Shown: piece after piece, positions 37,283-47,813 of the stretch
How positions within the stretch are numbered: the first letter of the stretch is position 1
How the letters are laid out: each line of letters starts with the position of its first letter
DNA from: Candidatus Cloacimonadales bacterium
GTDB taxonomy: Bacteria; Cloacimonadota; Cloacimonadia; Cloacimonadales; JAFGVF01
Assembly: GCA_963662585.1 (NCBI GenBank)
Contig: OY759729.1
Coordinates: 2,496,001 to 2,560,000 of the forward strand
Reading direction: 5' to 3'
DNA length: 64,000 nt
Made by a program: the position numbers and the translations under genes
The notes under the pieces: generated by a model
What the model was told of the DNA's origin: nothing
Seen by the model: the letters and a program-made list of their open reading frames with translations, nothing else
Database searches by the model: none

Positions 37283-38773
37283 ATGCGTAAAATATATTTC
37301 ATTCTATTGACTAGCCTTATTTTAGGCTCAAGTAACCTCTATTGTATAACTAAAGAATCAGCCTTAAATGAGAGGGCTGGTATTGTTGCTAAAGGGGAGA
37401 GTAAACTCCTCACTCTTCAAGAAGCCCAAGCCTTAGCCTTAGAAAACAACAAACTAATCAAAGTAAGTGATTCTAAAGCTCAAGCTTCTCATCAAACCAA
37501 GAAATCTCTCTTTACTAATTATCTTCCAAAATTAGAAGTAAGTGCTAACTATCTTTTACGCTCTGAATCTACAGAAATGACTCTTGAAGGTGGTTATCTT
37601 CCAACCTATAATTTTAATGATAATACTGGTCAATTAGAGCCAAATCTATACATCAATCCGCAAACAAATCAACCTCTTTATGGCAGTGACGGACTTCCAA
37701 TTTTTAATCAATATGCTCTTTTCCCTGACAAAGATTTAGAGATTTTACCTAAGACAGGTTTCACTTCTGCGATCTCTGTCAAACAGCCTATTTATACTGG
37801 TGGAAAAATAACTTCTGCCTACAAAATGGCTTCTATCGGAGAAAAAGCTTCCCAATTAAATCTTGAATTTACTAAGGAAACCGTTCTTTTTACCACAGAA
37901 GAAGCCTATTGGAGAGTAGTTTCTCTTACTGAAAAGACTAAAGTTACTAAGAAGTATTTAGAACTTGTATCAAAGGTTCTAAAAAAAGTTCAAGATAGCT
38001 ACGATGTGGGAATGGTTAATAAGAATCAACTTCTTCAAGCAAAAGTTAAATATAATGAAGTTCTCTTGCTTAACCAAGAAGCACAAAATGGACTCGATCT
38101 AGCAACAATGGCTCTTGCTCAACAAATAGGAATCTCTCTTAATACTAAAATATTACCTACTGAAGAGTTAACAAACACTGTAAAAGAAAATCAGTCCTTA
38201 ATTGGCTCAGTTGATGATTATGAAAATAGATTAGATTATCAAATGCTTAAACTAAAACAAAAAGTTGCAGACTTAAAGATAAATCTTAATAGGGCAGACT
38301 TCTTACCTCAGATAGGTATTCTTGCTTCTTATAATTACTTAAGCTATCAACTTAATGACCAGAATCACGATGATTTTAATGTCAATGCTATGGCTCAATT
38401 CTCTCTACCAATCTTCCAATGGGGCGAGAGTTTCTATAAAGTTAAAGAAGCTAAAGTTCAGCTTAAAGAAGAAACTTTCCAATTGGAAAATGCCTCTGAA
38501 ATGATGAAACTCCAAATTAGCCAATCTATTATTGATGTGGAAAATAAGAGTATGAATCTAACTCTAGCTGAATCTTCTCTAGAACAAGCTGATGAATATC
38601 TTAAACTCGAGACTGATAATTATGATGCTGGCATGACAACCCTCACCGATCTTCTTAATGCTCAATCGCAATGGCAAAAAAGCTATTCAAATTATATCGA
38701 TGCTTTGCTTGATTATCATATAGCTTATAATATGTTAGCTAAAAATTCTGGGAAATATAAGCAGAATTTATAA
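37283..38773 (+). CDS. TolC-family outer-membrane channel
   Basis: LTLQEAQALALENN, QPIYTGG, LPIFQWG, YDAGM...DLLNAQ. Confidence 0.92.
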   Translation: MRKIYFILLTSLILGSSNLYCITKESALNERAGIVAKGESKLLTLQEAQALALENNKLIKVSDSKAQASHQTKKSLFTNYLPKLEVSANYLLRSESTEMTLEGGYLPTYNFNDNTGQLEPNLYINPQTNQPLYGSDGLPIFNQYALFPDKDLEILPKTGFTSAISVKQPIYTGGKITSAYKMASIGEKASQLNLEFTKETVLFTTEEAYWRVVSLTEKTKVTKKYLELVSKVLKKVQDSYDVGMVNKNQLLQAKVKYNEVLLLNQEAQNGLDLATMALAQQIGISLNTKILPTEELTNTVKENQSLIGSVDDYENRLDYQMLKLKQKVADLKINLNRADFLPQIGILASYNYLSYQLNDQNHDDFNVNAMAQFSLPIFQWGESFYKVKEAKVQLKEETFQLENASEMMKLQISQSIIDVENKSMNLTLAESSLEQADEYLKLETDNYDAGMTTLTDLLNAQSQWQKSYSNYIDALLDYHIAYNMLAKNSGKYKQNL

Positions 38774-38775
38774 AT

Positions 38776-39270
38776 ATGATAAGACCTCTTCTGCCGGATT
38801 GCATGCACCCTTGCGTGCGACAGGATGTTTTAAATCCCCCTCCGCGAGGGGGACACAGGGGGTGTTTCTTCTTATGGGCGAATGATGATTCGCCCCTACA
38901 AATCCCCCTCCACGAGGGGGACACAGGGGGTGTTTTCTTCTATGGAGTGGAAGCGTCTCTGCTTCCACATTAGACTCTGGGATTTCTAGATTTTTAATCA
39001 GTTTAGACACTATTCATCTGCTATTTACCAATTCACAGCGGAGAAAGGTGTCCACAATCCGACAGAAGAGGGATTATCACACTTCCACATTAGACAATGA
39101 TAAGATAACATTAGATTTTTATAAGGTTTTTCGCATGCAAGGGTGCATGCAATCCGACAAAAGAGGGATTATCACACTTCCACATTAGACAATAATAAGA
39201 TAACATTAGATTTTTATAAGGTTTTTCGCATGCAAGGGTGCATGCAATCCGGCAGAAGAGGGATTATCAT
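38776..39270. repeat. Mosaic REP field: family A unit (+), two CCCCCTC..GAGGGGGACACAGGGGG units, a GTAG-type REP, and a 95-bp tandem carrying family A (-)
   Basis: Family A at 38786-38820; GGGCGAATGATGATTCGCCCCTAC at ~38876-38899; minus-strand family A copies ending at 39070, 39165 and 39260. Confidence 0.8.
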
Positions 39271-39619
39271 ACTCTTGAAATTCTCTCCAATTCCCCTCCT
39301 CTTTCTCATTCATCCCAAATAATATTTGATTTTTATTCGCGATGTCAGTGGTGGAGTAAGGGAAGAGTATAGAATGTAGAAAGAAAAAGCAGTAATTTAT
39401 AAATAATATTATTTTGTTAAACATGACTAACATTATTGATAGCCCTTATAGAATATATATTCTATAAGGTGGAAGATTTATAATAAAAAAACAAGAAACT
39501 GGACCACTTTCTCAAAAAGTGGGCCCTATAGTATTGTAGGAGCTGTGAATTTAAAAGTGAAAATGGAAATTTGAAGAAGAAAGGTCCTTAACACCCAGTT
39601 TCACAGATTTTAATAAAAT

Positions 39620-39835
39620 CTCTTCTGCCGGATTGCATACACCCTTGTGTGCGAAATACCTTATAAAAATATGATAATACCTCTTTTGTCGGATTGCATA
39701 CACCCTTGAGTGCGAAAAACCACACAAAAATATGATAATACCTCTTCTGCCGGATTGCATACACCCTTGTGTGCGAAACACCTCGCAAAAGTTTGATGAT
39801 AACTCTTCTGCCGGATTGCATACACCCTTGTGTGT
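39620..39835 (+). repeat. Tandem array, 4 x 61 bp, with ~37-bp core CTCTTCTGCCGGATTGCATACACCCTTGTGTGCGAAA (family A)
   Basis: Cores start at 39620, 39681, 39742 and 39803; the 24-nt linkers resemble each other. Confidence 0.85.
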
Positions 39836-39860
39836 AATCCCAAAGGGAAAAATATCCCCT

Positions 39861-39966
39861 AACTTTTTAGTATATGTCGCCCCTCCAGGGCTATCTTCTC
39901 GTAGAGACCTCTAGGAGTGTCTTGCGAACACTCCCTATTATATGTTATCCCTCCGGGATTTAAGAG
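39861..39966 (+). repeat. Left copy of the ~105-bp direct repeat (family C) flanking the defence island
   Basis: Near-identical to 51539-51644. Confidence 0.9.
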
Positions 39967-40264
39967 TTCAACTCTTGCGATAAATGGAAAATTTCATGAA
40001 AACCAAAAAAAGGGCAATATAAACATTTTTTCTTAATAGGTAAGCAATTGGCAAGTAGAGCTTGATGTTTGAACAGTCTCTTTTAAAAGTAATTTCAATT
40101 TATATAAATTTTACTTGACGCTTAAAATAGAAAAAGATGAATTAGGTTTAGTTGGTTTATTGGATAGTACTAGTGTAAATAAATGCACATTCTCAGCAAG
40201 GTTTGATTGGGTAAATTGTGTTGAAATTATCAGGTTATATAAATTTTTTAAAGTAGGGGGTTGT

Positions 40265-40645
40265 ATGTCAAACTTAATAAATTTCTCTTCATATAATGTA
40301 AGAACACAAATCAGGAATATCATTAATGAAAAATATAAAGAAGGTTTTCCGATAGTTAAAGAATTGATTCAAAATGCTAATGATGCTAAAGCTTCGGATA
40401 TATATTTCTTAATTTCTGATGGAATACCAGATTGTAAGCATCCCCTTTTAAGAATCAAATCGCTTATCATTATTAATAATGGTGAGTTTACACAAGGAGA
40501 TTCAAAAAATATTCTATCGATGTGGAGTGATGATAAATCACAAGAGAATAAAATTGGGAAGTTTGGTTTAGGCCTTAAAAGTGTATTCCACTGGTGTGAA
40601 GCTTTCTTTTGTTATGCTAATATAGTGAAGGAGAAACTCACATAA
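40265..40645 (+). pseudogene. Truncated sacsin-type GHKL ATPase N-terminus
   Basis: KELIQNANDA, IINNGEF, IGKFGLGLKSVF motifs; stops after ~126 aa; AGGGGG RBS before ATG 40265. Confidence 0.7.
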
Positions 40646-40858
40646 TTTAAAGAACAGAATTAAATACATTATTTGTTAATTATCCTGTCTCTGGAGCTTG
40701 ACTTAGTATATAATTTACTATATTTGTTCTTTTATCTTGACATGATTTTAAATGAAAAGAAAGATTACTTTAATGAATTAATATTCTAATAAACTATTTA
40801 TTGAAATATTAAAATGTCATAAAATTTATAGCAATAATTTTTGAACAGGGAGTTTTTT

Positions 40859-43702
40859 ATGCTATCAAAGCATCATCAAAAGTATTTAGCTCACTTACTT
40901 ACTAAAGTTGGTGGTGAAGGTATAGATAAATTATCTCAATCACTATTTAATGCAAATGTTGATTTAAATCCACATCAAGTTGAAGCAGCTCTTTTCGCTC
41001 TAAGAACGCCTTTCACTAATGGCGTCATACTTGCTGATGAAGTAGGTTTAGGGAAAACAATAGAAGCAGGTTTAGTAATAGCTCAATATGTTGCTGAGCA
41101 TAAAAGAAAGATATTGATAATTAGTCCAGCCTCTTTAAGAAAACAGTGGGCCGTTGAGTTGGAAGAGAAATTCAATCTTGAATCAGATATTTTTGATGCA
41201 AGAGAGTACAAGAGAGTTTCAAAAGAAGGCTATATCAACCCATTTATGAAAACAAATATTGTTATAGCATCATATCATTTTGTAGCTAGAAAAGCTGAAG
41301 ATATCAGAGCTATTGATTGGGATTTAGTAGTTATCGATGAAGCTCATAAGCTAAGAAACTCACACAGACAAAGTAATAAAATAGGTCAGGCATTAAGATG
41401 GGCAACTGAAGATAAAAGGAAAATCTTGCTTACGGCTACTCCTCTGCAAAACTCAATTACTGAATTATATGGAATTTCAGGAGTAATAGATGACAAAATA
41501 TTTGGAGATTTCTCAACTTTTAGAACTCTATATGCTAATGCTGATGGTGATTTATATGATTTAAAGAGTAGAATTGCAGGATTTTGTCATAGATCCTTAA
41601 GAAAAGATGTAATAGAATTCATAAGATTTACTCAAAGAAAGCTAATTACTATTGATTACAGCCCCTCAGAAGAAGAAGCTCTTCTTTATGTTACAGTATC
41701 TAACTTTCTTCAAAGAGAAGATACTTACTCTTTCCCCAAACAACAAAAACACCTTATTGTACTAATTGTTCGAAAAGTGTTGTCTTCATCTTTTTATGCT
41801 CTTTCTGAGACACTTATTTCTATCAAGAATAGGTTGGTTAGCCTAAGAGATGAAATTCCTGTAGAAGAAGATTTTGTTACTGCATTAATAGACTCAGTTG
41901 ATATTGATGAAGAGTACTTAGAAGATTATGAAGATTATGAAAATAGAGATGAAGATAAAAAGATTGACCGAAAAAAACTAAATTCTGAAATAGAAGAGGT
42001 AGAAAGACTGATACTTTGGGCAAAAAGTCTAGGGATAGACACTAAAACTAAAAGTTTAATTCAGGCTTTATCAATCGGCTATGCAGAGTTAGAAAAAGTT
42101 GGGGCTAATAAGAAAGCTGTTATCTTTACTGAATCAAAACGCACATTGGTATATTTACAAAATTATTTAGAATCTAACGGGTATTTAGGTAAGATTTGTA
42201 CCTATTCAGGTTCTAATAATGATACTCTTTCAAGAAAAATTTATCAAGAATGGTTAAATAAAAATAGCGATAAGATTGTTGGCTCAAAATCAGTTAATAT
42301 GCGACATGCAATTTTAGATTTTTTCGAAAATGAAGCTCAGATAATGATATCTACAGAAGCTGGAGCCGAAGGTTTAAACCTCCAATTCTGCTCACTTTTA
42401 ATCAACTTTGATTTACCATGGAATCCTCAAAGAATTGAACAAAGAATTGGAAGAATCCATAGATACGGACAACGATTCGATATTGTGGTAATAAATTTCT
42501 TAAATAGAAAGAATGCTGCAGATAAACGAGTTTATGATCTTTTACGCTATAAATTCAACCTCTTTGAAGGTATCTTCGGTTCATCAGATGAGATTTTAGG
42601 TCAAATTGAGAAAGCTTCGAATATAGAAGCAAGAATATCAGCAATTTATCAAAATTGTCGTACAGAAAAAGAGATAGAAGAGCAATTTAATAATCTCCAA
42701 AAAGAGTTGGAAGAGATAATCAATAGCAAAATTGAGACGACTAAACAAAAACTATTTGAAAATTTTGATGAAGAAGTTCATCGGAAAATTAAGATAGAGT
42801 ATAATGATGCTTTGAATTCCTTAGATGAGTTTGGTAGAGACTTTTGGAGATTAACTAGAGCAAACTTAGATAGTTGTGCCCTTTTTGATGAGGATAAGTT
42901 AACTTTCCAGTTACATAAAAATCCACTACCGCAGATAAAAAAAGGAAAATATTACCTACCTAGTAAGAGAAATCAAGAAGAACAAAGCGGAAAGAGATAC
43001 ACTTTAGATACTGATTTAGGAAAATACTGCTTAGAGTCAGCAAAAAATTTAATTTTAACTACAGATTTAGTAAGTTTTAATTTGACAGAGTATCCTCTCA
43101 AAATATCAGCTTTAGAGCAGTTCCAAGGTCAAACAGGCTACCTTTTGCTCTCTAAATTAACAATAGAGAGTATTGAAAAAGAAGAATATCTTCTATTTTC
43201 TGGTTTTACATCCAAAGGAGAAGATTTGGAACAGGCTATTTTGCAAAAAATGTTTAGGTTGGATTCCCAAAAGGAAAGGGAAATATCTATCCCCGAAGAA
43301 GTAAATACTAAGTTAATTTCTGATAATAGAGTATATGCAGAAACAGTAGTAAGGAAGTCTTTAGAAACAAACAATTCCCTCTTTTTAGAGAGAAGAGATA
43401 TGCTCTATAGATGGGCTGAGGATGTAGTTGAAGCAGCAGAAAGAAAACTACAAGATGTTAAAAAAGAGTTAAGACTTGCAGAGAGAGAAGCTGGAAACTG
43501 TAAGACTTTAGTTGAACAGAAGCAGGCACAAGAGAACATTAAAACTCTTGAAAAGAAAAAAAGAGCAACCCGCAATAAAATATATGAAACTGAAGATATG
43601 ATTGCAGATAAAAGAAATATATTGATTAATGAATTGGAAAAGAAAATGGCTCATAGAAAAAGAAACCAAGTTCTTTTTATGATAAAATGGGAAATTAATT
43701 AG
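40859..43702 (+). CDS. SNF2/RapA-family helicase with C-terminal coiled coil
   Basis: LADEVGLGKT, DEAH, LLTATP, TEAGAEGLNLQ, DLPWNPQRIEQRIGRIHRYGQ; ATG 40859 after AGGGAG. Confidence 0.95.
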   Translation: MLSKHHQKYLAHLLTKVGGEGIDKLSQSLFNANVDLNPHQVEAALFALRTPFTNGVILADEVGLGKTIEAGLVIAQYVAEHKRKILIISPASLRKQWAVELEEKFNLESDIFDAREYKRVSKEGYINPFMKTNIVIASYHFVARKAEDIRAIDWDLVVIDEAHKLRNSHRQSNKIGQALRWATEDKRKILLTATPLQNSITELYGISGVIDDKIFGDFSTFRTLYANADGDLYDLKSRIAGFCHRSLRKDVIEFIRFTQRKLITIDYSPSEEEALLYVTVSNFLQREDTYSFPKQQKHLIVLIVRKVLSSSFYALSETLISIKNRLVSLRDEIPVEEDFVTALIDSVDIDEEYLEDYEDYENRDEDKKIDRKKLNSEIEEVERLILWAKSLGIDTKTKSLIQALSIGYAELEKVGANKKAVIFTESKRTLVYLQNYLESNGYLGKICTYSGSNNDTLSRKIYQEWLNKNSDKIVGSKSVNMRHAILDFFENEAQIMISTEAGAEGLNLQFCSLLINFDLPWNPQRIEQRIGRIHRYGQRFDIVVINFLNRKNAADKRVYDLLRYKFNLFEGIFGSSDEILGQIEKASNIEARISAIYQNCRTEKEIEEQFNNLQKELEEIINSKIETTKQKLFENFDEEVHRKIKIEYNDALNSLDEFGRDFWRLTRANLDSCALFDEDKLTFQLHKNPLPQIKKGKYYLPSKRNQEEQSGKRYTLDTDLGKYCLESAKNLILTTDLVSFNLTEYPLKISALEQFQGQTGYLLLSKLTIESIEKEEYLLFSGFTSKGEDLEQAILQKMFRLDSQKEREISIPEEVNTKLISDNRVYAETVVRKSLETNNSLFLERRDMLYRWAEDVVEAAERKLQDVKKELRLAEREAGNCKTLVEQKQAQENIKTLEKKKRATRNKIYETEDMIADKRNILINELEKKMAHRKRNQVLFMIKWEIN

Positions 43703-43710
43703 GAGTTAAA

Positions 43711-46700
43711 ATGACTAAACTAAATGAATTACAAAATAAATTATTAGAACTTTTTGAATTAGATAAGACTGATTTAGACTTTGGAATCTATAGAGTAATA
43801 AATAAACGACAAGATCAGATTAAGCACTTTATTAACAATATTTTACCTACAGATGTTAATAATATTATCTTATCCACCAATCTTCAGCAAATAACTGAAG
43901 AGTTTGAACAAGCAAAAAAAGAGTGTCTTGAAAATTTTGGGCCAAGTGCTTTTAATGAAAATGGAGAGTTAGAAGATATTTATACAGGTGGTGCTATAGG
44001 CAAAAAGTATCTTGAACTCAAAGAAAAGAAAGATAGCAAAGTCGAAATTGATAAGCTTGAATCTGAGGTATATTCTCACCTCTTAGATTTCTTTAGTCGC
44101 TACTATCAAGATGGAGATTTTATCTCCCAACGCCGTTCCGCTATTAAAGATAAATACGCAATCCCCTATAATGGTGAAGAAGTTGTAATGCACTGGGCTA
44201 ACAAAGATCAATACTATATAAAATCTTCTGAACTCTTGAAGGATTATACTTTCCAAATTAAAGATAAGAAAGTTAAGTTTCGACTTGCTGGAACTGATGC
44301 TGTAAAAGATAACAATAGAGCTAAAAGACTGATGGTTCTCTACAAAGATAAAGATGGACAATTTGATGATTCTGCTCCAGTTAAGATTGAAGTAGAGGAA
44401 GATTCTTTAGTCATACCTTTTTATTTCAAAGCGGTTAAATCAGATAAAAAAACAAAGCAATATTATATTGATTTAGAAAAGGATATAACCGATTCTCTAA
44501 ATCAAGAATGGAAAGAACTTTTAACTTCTCCTGATGATAACTTTACAGGTAAAGATAAAAGAACTATTATTGGTAAGCATCTTATAACCTATACAAAAAA
44601 ACAGACTTCTGATTTCTTTATCCATAAAGATTTAGGAGCTTTCCTTAATAATGAACTAGATTTCTTTATCAAAAATGAAGTTATGTACCTGGATGATGTA
44701 GTCAATAAACCTGCAGACTATCTAAGCAGTGAAATTAGAAAAATTAAGGCTATCAGGTCTATTGCTCAGAAAATCATCACCTTCTTAGCTCAAATTGAAA
44801 ATTTCCAAAAAAAACTATGGTTAAAAAAGAAATTTATCTATGAAACCAACTACTGCTTTACCTTAGATAGAATACCAGAAGAATTCTATGGAGAAATAGC
44901 AAATAATGAGAAACAAATAGAAGAATGGATTAAGCTATTCTCTATTGATAAGATAAAAGGAGATGATACTATTATCTCCTTTAAGAAGTTTGACAAAGCT
45001 GATGATAAAACTAAAGTAGAATTCCTAAAACAAAACAAATTTCTTGTTCTTGATACTGCTTTTTTCAAACTAGATTTCAAATATCAGATTCTTTCTAAAA
45101 TTGATAATCTTGATGAAGGAACTGATGGTTTGCTTATTCACTCAGAAAATTTTCAAGCATTAAACTTGCTCCAGACTCGTTATAAAGAGAAAGTTAAATG
45201 TATCTACATTGACCCACCTTATAACACAAATGCATCAGAAATAGCTTACAAGAATGGATATAAGAATTCTTCATGGTTGTCCTTCATGAAAGATAGACTT
45301 ATATTATCTAAAGAAACTATTCGAATAAATGGATTTATTTTTATTGCAATCGATGATTTAGAATTGTTTAAACTAAATGAATTAATTGAATCAATCTATT
45401 CAAGAGATAATTTTCTTGCTAATGTCAGTGTCATTCATAAACCAGAAGGAAGAAATCAAGAAAAATTCTTTGGAACTTCCAATGAGTATATGTTAGTTTA
45501 TGCCAAGAATAAAGATAAAGCGGCGTTTGAAAAAGTAGTTTTAGATAAGGAATTAGAGATGAAATTTACTTTTACCGACACTCATGGTATATATAGGCGA
45601 AAAAACTTTATAAGATTAACAGATGGAAAGTATGCTTTAAGAGAAAGCAAACCAGGTTTTTATTATCCTATTTATGTAAGCAATGATTTCACAAAAATCG
45701 ATATTTCTTCTTTTGATGATTCAATTGCTTTATATCCAATAACAACTCAGGGCATTGAACGAACTTGGAAAACAAAACCAGAGACTTTTCTTGAGTATCT
45801 TAAAAAAGGTAATATTGAATGTGTAAAAGAAAATGGTGAAATAATTATCTTTGAAAAATTACGCGAGAACCAAGTTATTAAGACTCATTGGACAAAGAGT
45901 GAATATCATTCATATCACCATGGTACAAAAATTCTAGAAAATATTTTGGGGAATAAATTATTTGATTTTCCAAAATCTATCTATACAATTATTGACACTT
46001 TAAAGATATCTACAAGGTTTAATGATTATATTCTCGACTACTTCGCCGGTTCAGGAACAACTGGACATGCAGTAGTAAATTTAAATCGAGAAGATGGTGG
46101 TAAACGAAAATACATTATGGTTGAGATGGGGGATTATTTTGATACAGTAACCAAGCCTCGCATGCAAAAAGTTGTTTATAGTACAGATTGGGATAATGGT
46201 AAACCTACTACTAGAGATACAGGTATCTCACATTGTTTTAAATATATCCGTTTAGAAAGCTATGAAGACACTTTAAATAACTTAGTTTTAGAGGATAGTT
46301 CATTAGACTTATTAGGCATAAATATTCCTGAAGATGTTAAGCAAGACTATTTAATTAACTACATGTTAGATATTGAGAGTAGGGATAGTCTAATGGATAT
46401 TAAGAAATTTGATAATCCTTTTGATTATAGCTTAAAGATTCATAATTATGAGACAGGCCAAGCTGAGTATAAACAGGTAGATTTAATTGAAACATTTAAC
46501 TATTTGTTAGGAGTACAAGTAGATGAGTTTAAGCTTAAAGATGGCTATATAACTATTGAGGGTAAAAATCCTAACAATGAGACCATTTTGATTATATGGC
46601 GTGATGTAGCTAAAAAAGATAATAATAATCTTACTAATTTCTTAACAAAAAATATGAGAGTTAATCCTGCTGATACTGAGTATCGAGCTATCTATATCAA

Positions 46701-46791
46701 TGGAGACCATAGATTAGAGGATCCTCATAAGAAGATATTCAATATTGCAGAAATCTTTAACACCTTGATGTTTGATGGTGTGGAGGTATAA
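43711..46791 (+). CDS. mod: Type III-like R-M adenine methyltransferase (Mod)
   Basis: DLDFGIYR N-terminus, YIDPPYN (motif IV), TRD, FPKS, LDYFAGSGTTG (motif I); beta-class motif order. Confidence 0.93.
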   Translation: MTKLNELQNKLLELFELDKTDLDFGIYRVINKRQDQIKHFINNILPTDVNNIILSTNLQQITEEFEQAKKECLENFGPSAFNENGELEDIYTGGAIGKKYLELKEKKDSKVEIDKLESEVYSHLLDFFSRYYQDGDFISQRRSAIKDKYAIPYNGEEVVMHWANKDQYYIKSSELLKDYTFQIKDKKVKFRLAGTDAVKDNNRAKRLMVLYKDKDGQFDDSAPVKIEVEEDSLVIPFYFKAVKSDKKTKQYYIDLEKDITDSLNQEWKELLTSPDDNFTGKDKRTIIGKHLITYTKKQTSDFFIHKDLGAFLNNELDFFIKNEVMYLDDVVNKPADYLSSEIRKIKAIRSIAQKIITFLAQIENFQKKLWLKKKFIYETNYCFTLDRIPEEFYGEIANNEKQIEEWIKLFSIDKIKGDDTIISFKKFDKADDKTKVEFLKQNKFLVLDTAFFKLDFKYQILSKIDNLDEGTDGLLIHSENFQALNLLQTRYKEKVKCIYIDPPYNTNASEIAYKNGYKNSSWLSFMKDRLILSKETIRINGFIFIAIDDLELFKLNELIESIYSRDNFLANVSVIHKPEGRNQEKFFGTSNEYMLVYAKNKDKAAFEKVVLDKELEMKFTFTDTHGIYRRKNFIRLTDGKYALRESKPGFYYPIYVSNDFTKIDISSFDDSIALYPITTQGIERTWKTKPETFLEYLKKGNIECVKENGEIIIFEKLRENQVIKTHWTKSEYHSYHHGTKILENILGNKLFDFPKSIYTIIDTLKISTRFNDYILDYFAGSGTTGHAVVNLNREDGGKRKYIMVEMGDYFDTVTKPRMQKVVYSTDWDNGKPTTRDTGISHCFKYIRLESYEDTLNNLVLEDSSLDLLGINIPEDVKQDYLINYMLDIESRDSLMDIKKFDNPFDYSLKIHNYETGQAEYKQVDLIETFNYLLGVQVDEFKLKDGYITIEGKNPNNETILIIWRDVAKKDNNNLTNFLTKNMRVNPADTEYRAIYINGDHRLEDPHKKIFNIAEIFNTLMFDGVEV

Positions 46792-47813
46792 TGTCAGAAT
46801 CACCTTTAGTTACAAATCCTATAGAAAGGCAGAATATTCTCAATAATCAATTTGCTCTATCTGAAATTGAAAAGTCTCTGGGCATTAAGGGTATATTGTT
46901 TGAAGGTTCATATCGATTTACCAAGAAACAGATTTCTGATTTCTATGAAGTTGACCCAAGAACAATTGAACGATATCTGGAAAAGTATAGCTTAGAGTTA
47001 GGTGAAAATGGCTATGAAGTTTTACGAGGTAAAAGACTAGATCAGTTTAAGTTAAATGTAAAAAAGCTCTCTGACCCCGACATTGATGTCGGAGTCAAAA
47101 TTAGAATGTATGGTATTTTTGATTTTCGCTCTTTTCTTAATATAGGAATGTTACTCACAGAAAGTGATGTTGCTAAAGAACTTAGGCAAACTATTTTAGA
47201 TATAGTAATTGATACTATTAACCAAAAAACAGGTGGTGCTACAAAATATATTAATCAGAGAGATCGAGATTTTGTTGCTACATTCTTTAAGAATGAGAAT
47301 TATAGAAAAACATTTACTGATGCACTTAACAAATATCTTGATATGGGGCAGTTCAAGTACCCTTATTATACTGACAAAATCTACAAAAGTATCTTCAAAG
47401 AGAAGGCTGACGAGTACAGAAAGATCTTGAAATTATCTCCTCAAGAAAATGTAAGAAAAACCTTATACTCAGAAGTCTTATTATTAGTTTCTTCATTTGA
47501 ATATGGATTTGGGGAATTATTGAAGAGTAAGTCAGAGCTGAAAAAGAGAAAATTAACTAAGAGTGAAGCAGATGCTTGTTTTAATGAGTTTGAAAACTCA
47601 GCTCATTGGAGACCTCTTATTGAAGATGCCAGAGTGAAAATGGCAAGTAGAGATCTATGCTTTAGGGATGCTTTGCACCTCCAGTTAAAAGAGTACCTTG
47701 CTCCTTTACCTAAAGAAGATTTTGAAAAGTTTCTTGGTTCCAGTAGTAAGGATGTAGCAGAGCAGTTGGAAGAGTTTAAAGATATTTTTAAAAGATTGAA
47801 GGAGCGGAGTTAA
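46791..47813 (+). CDS. RhuM/phage-antirepressor-like DNA-binding protein; putative partner of the Doc toxin
   Basis: HTH-like FTKKQISDFYEVDPRTIERYL and FLNIGMLLTESDVAKELR; TAATG overlaps with both neighbours. Confidence 0.6.
   Translation: MSESPLVTNPIERQNILNNQFALSEIEKSLGIKGILFEGSYRFTKKQISDFYEVDPRTIERYLEKYSLELGENGYEVLRGKRLDQFKLNVKKLSDPDIDVGVKIRMYGIFDFRSFLNIGMLLTESDVAKELRQTILDIVIDTINQKTGGATKYINQRDRDFVATFFKNENYRKTFTDALNKYLDMGQFKYPYYTDKIYKSIFKEKADEYRKILKLSPQENVRKTLYSEVLLLVSSFEYGFGELLKSKSELKKRKLTKSEADACFNEFENSAHWRPLIEDARVKMASRDLCFRDALHLQLKEYLAPLPKEDFEKFLGSSSKDVAEQLEEFKDIFKRLKERS

Noticed and set aside
39620..39835. CRISPR array (37-bp repeat ending GAAA, regular period)
   Set aside because: Linkers are only 24 nt and resemble each other, copies also occur in inverted and 95-bp contexts, and there are no cas genes in the window.
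38739..39914. Short ORFs in the track across the repeat field
   Set aside because: They are translations of the repeats in several frames (recurring RTQGCMQSGRR / HKGVCNPAEE), with no RBS or family motifs.
40115..40264. N-terminal 50 aa of the 176-aa track ORF
   Set aside because: TTG start without an RBS; the GHKL homology and RBS point to ATG 40265.
43711..46791. Phase-variable mod (phasevarion)
   Set aside because: I found no simple-sequence repeat tract in the 5' coding region or promoter.
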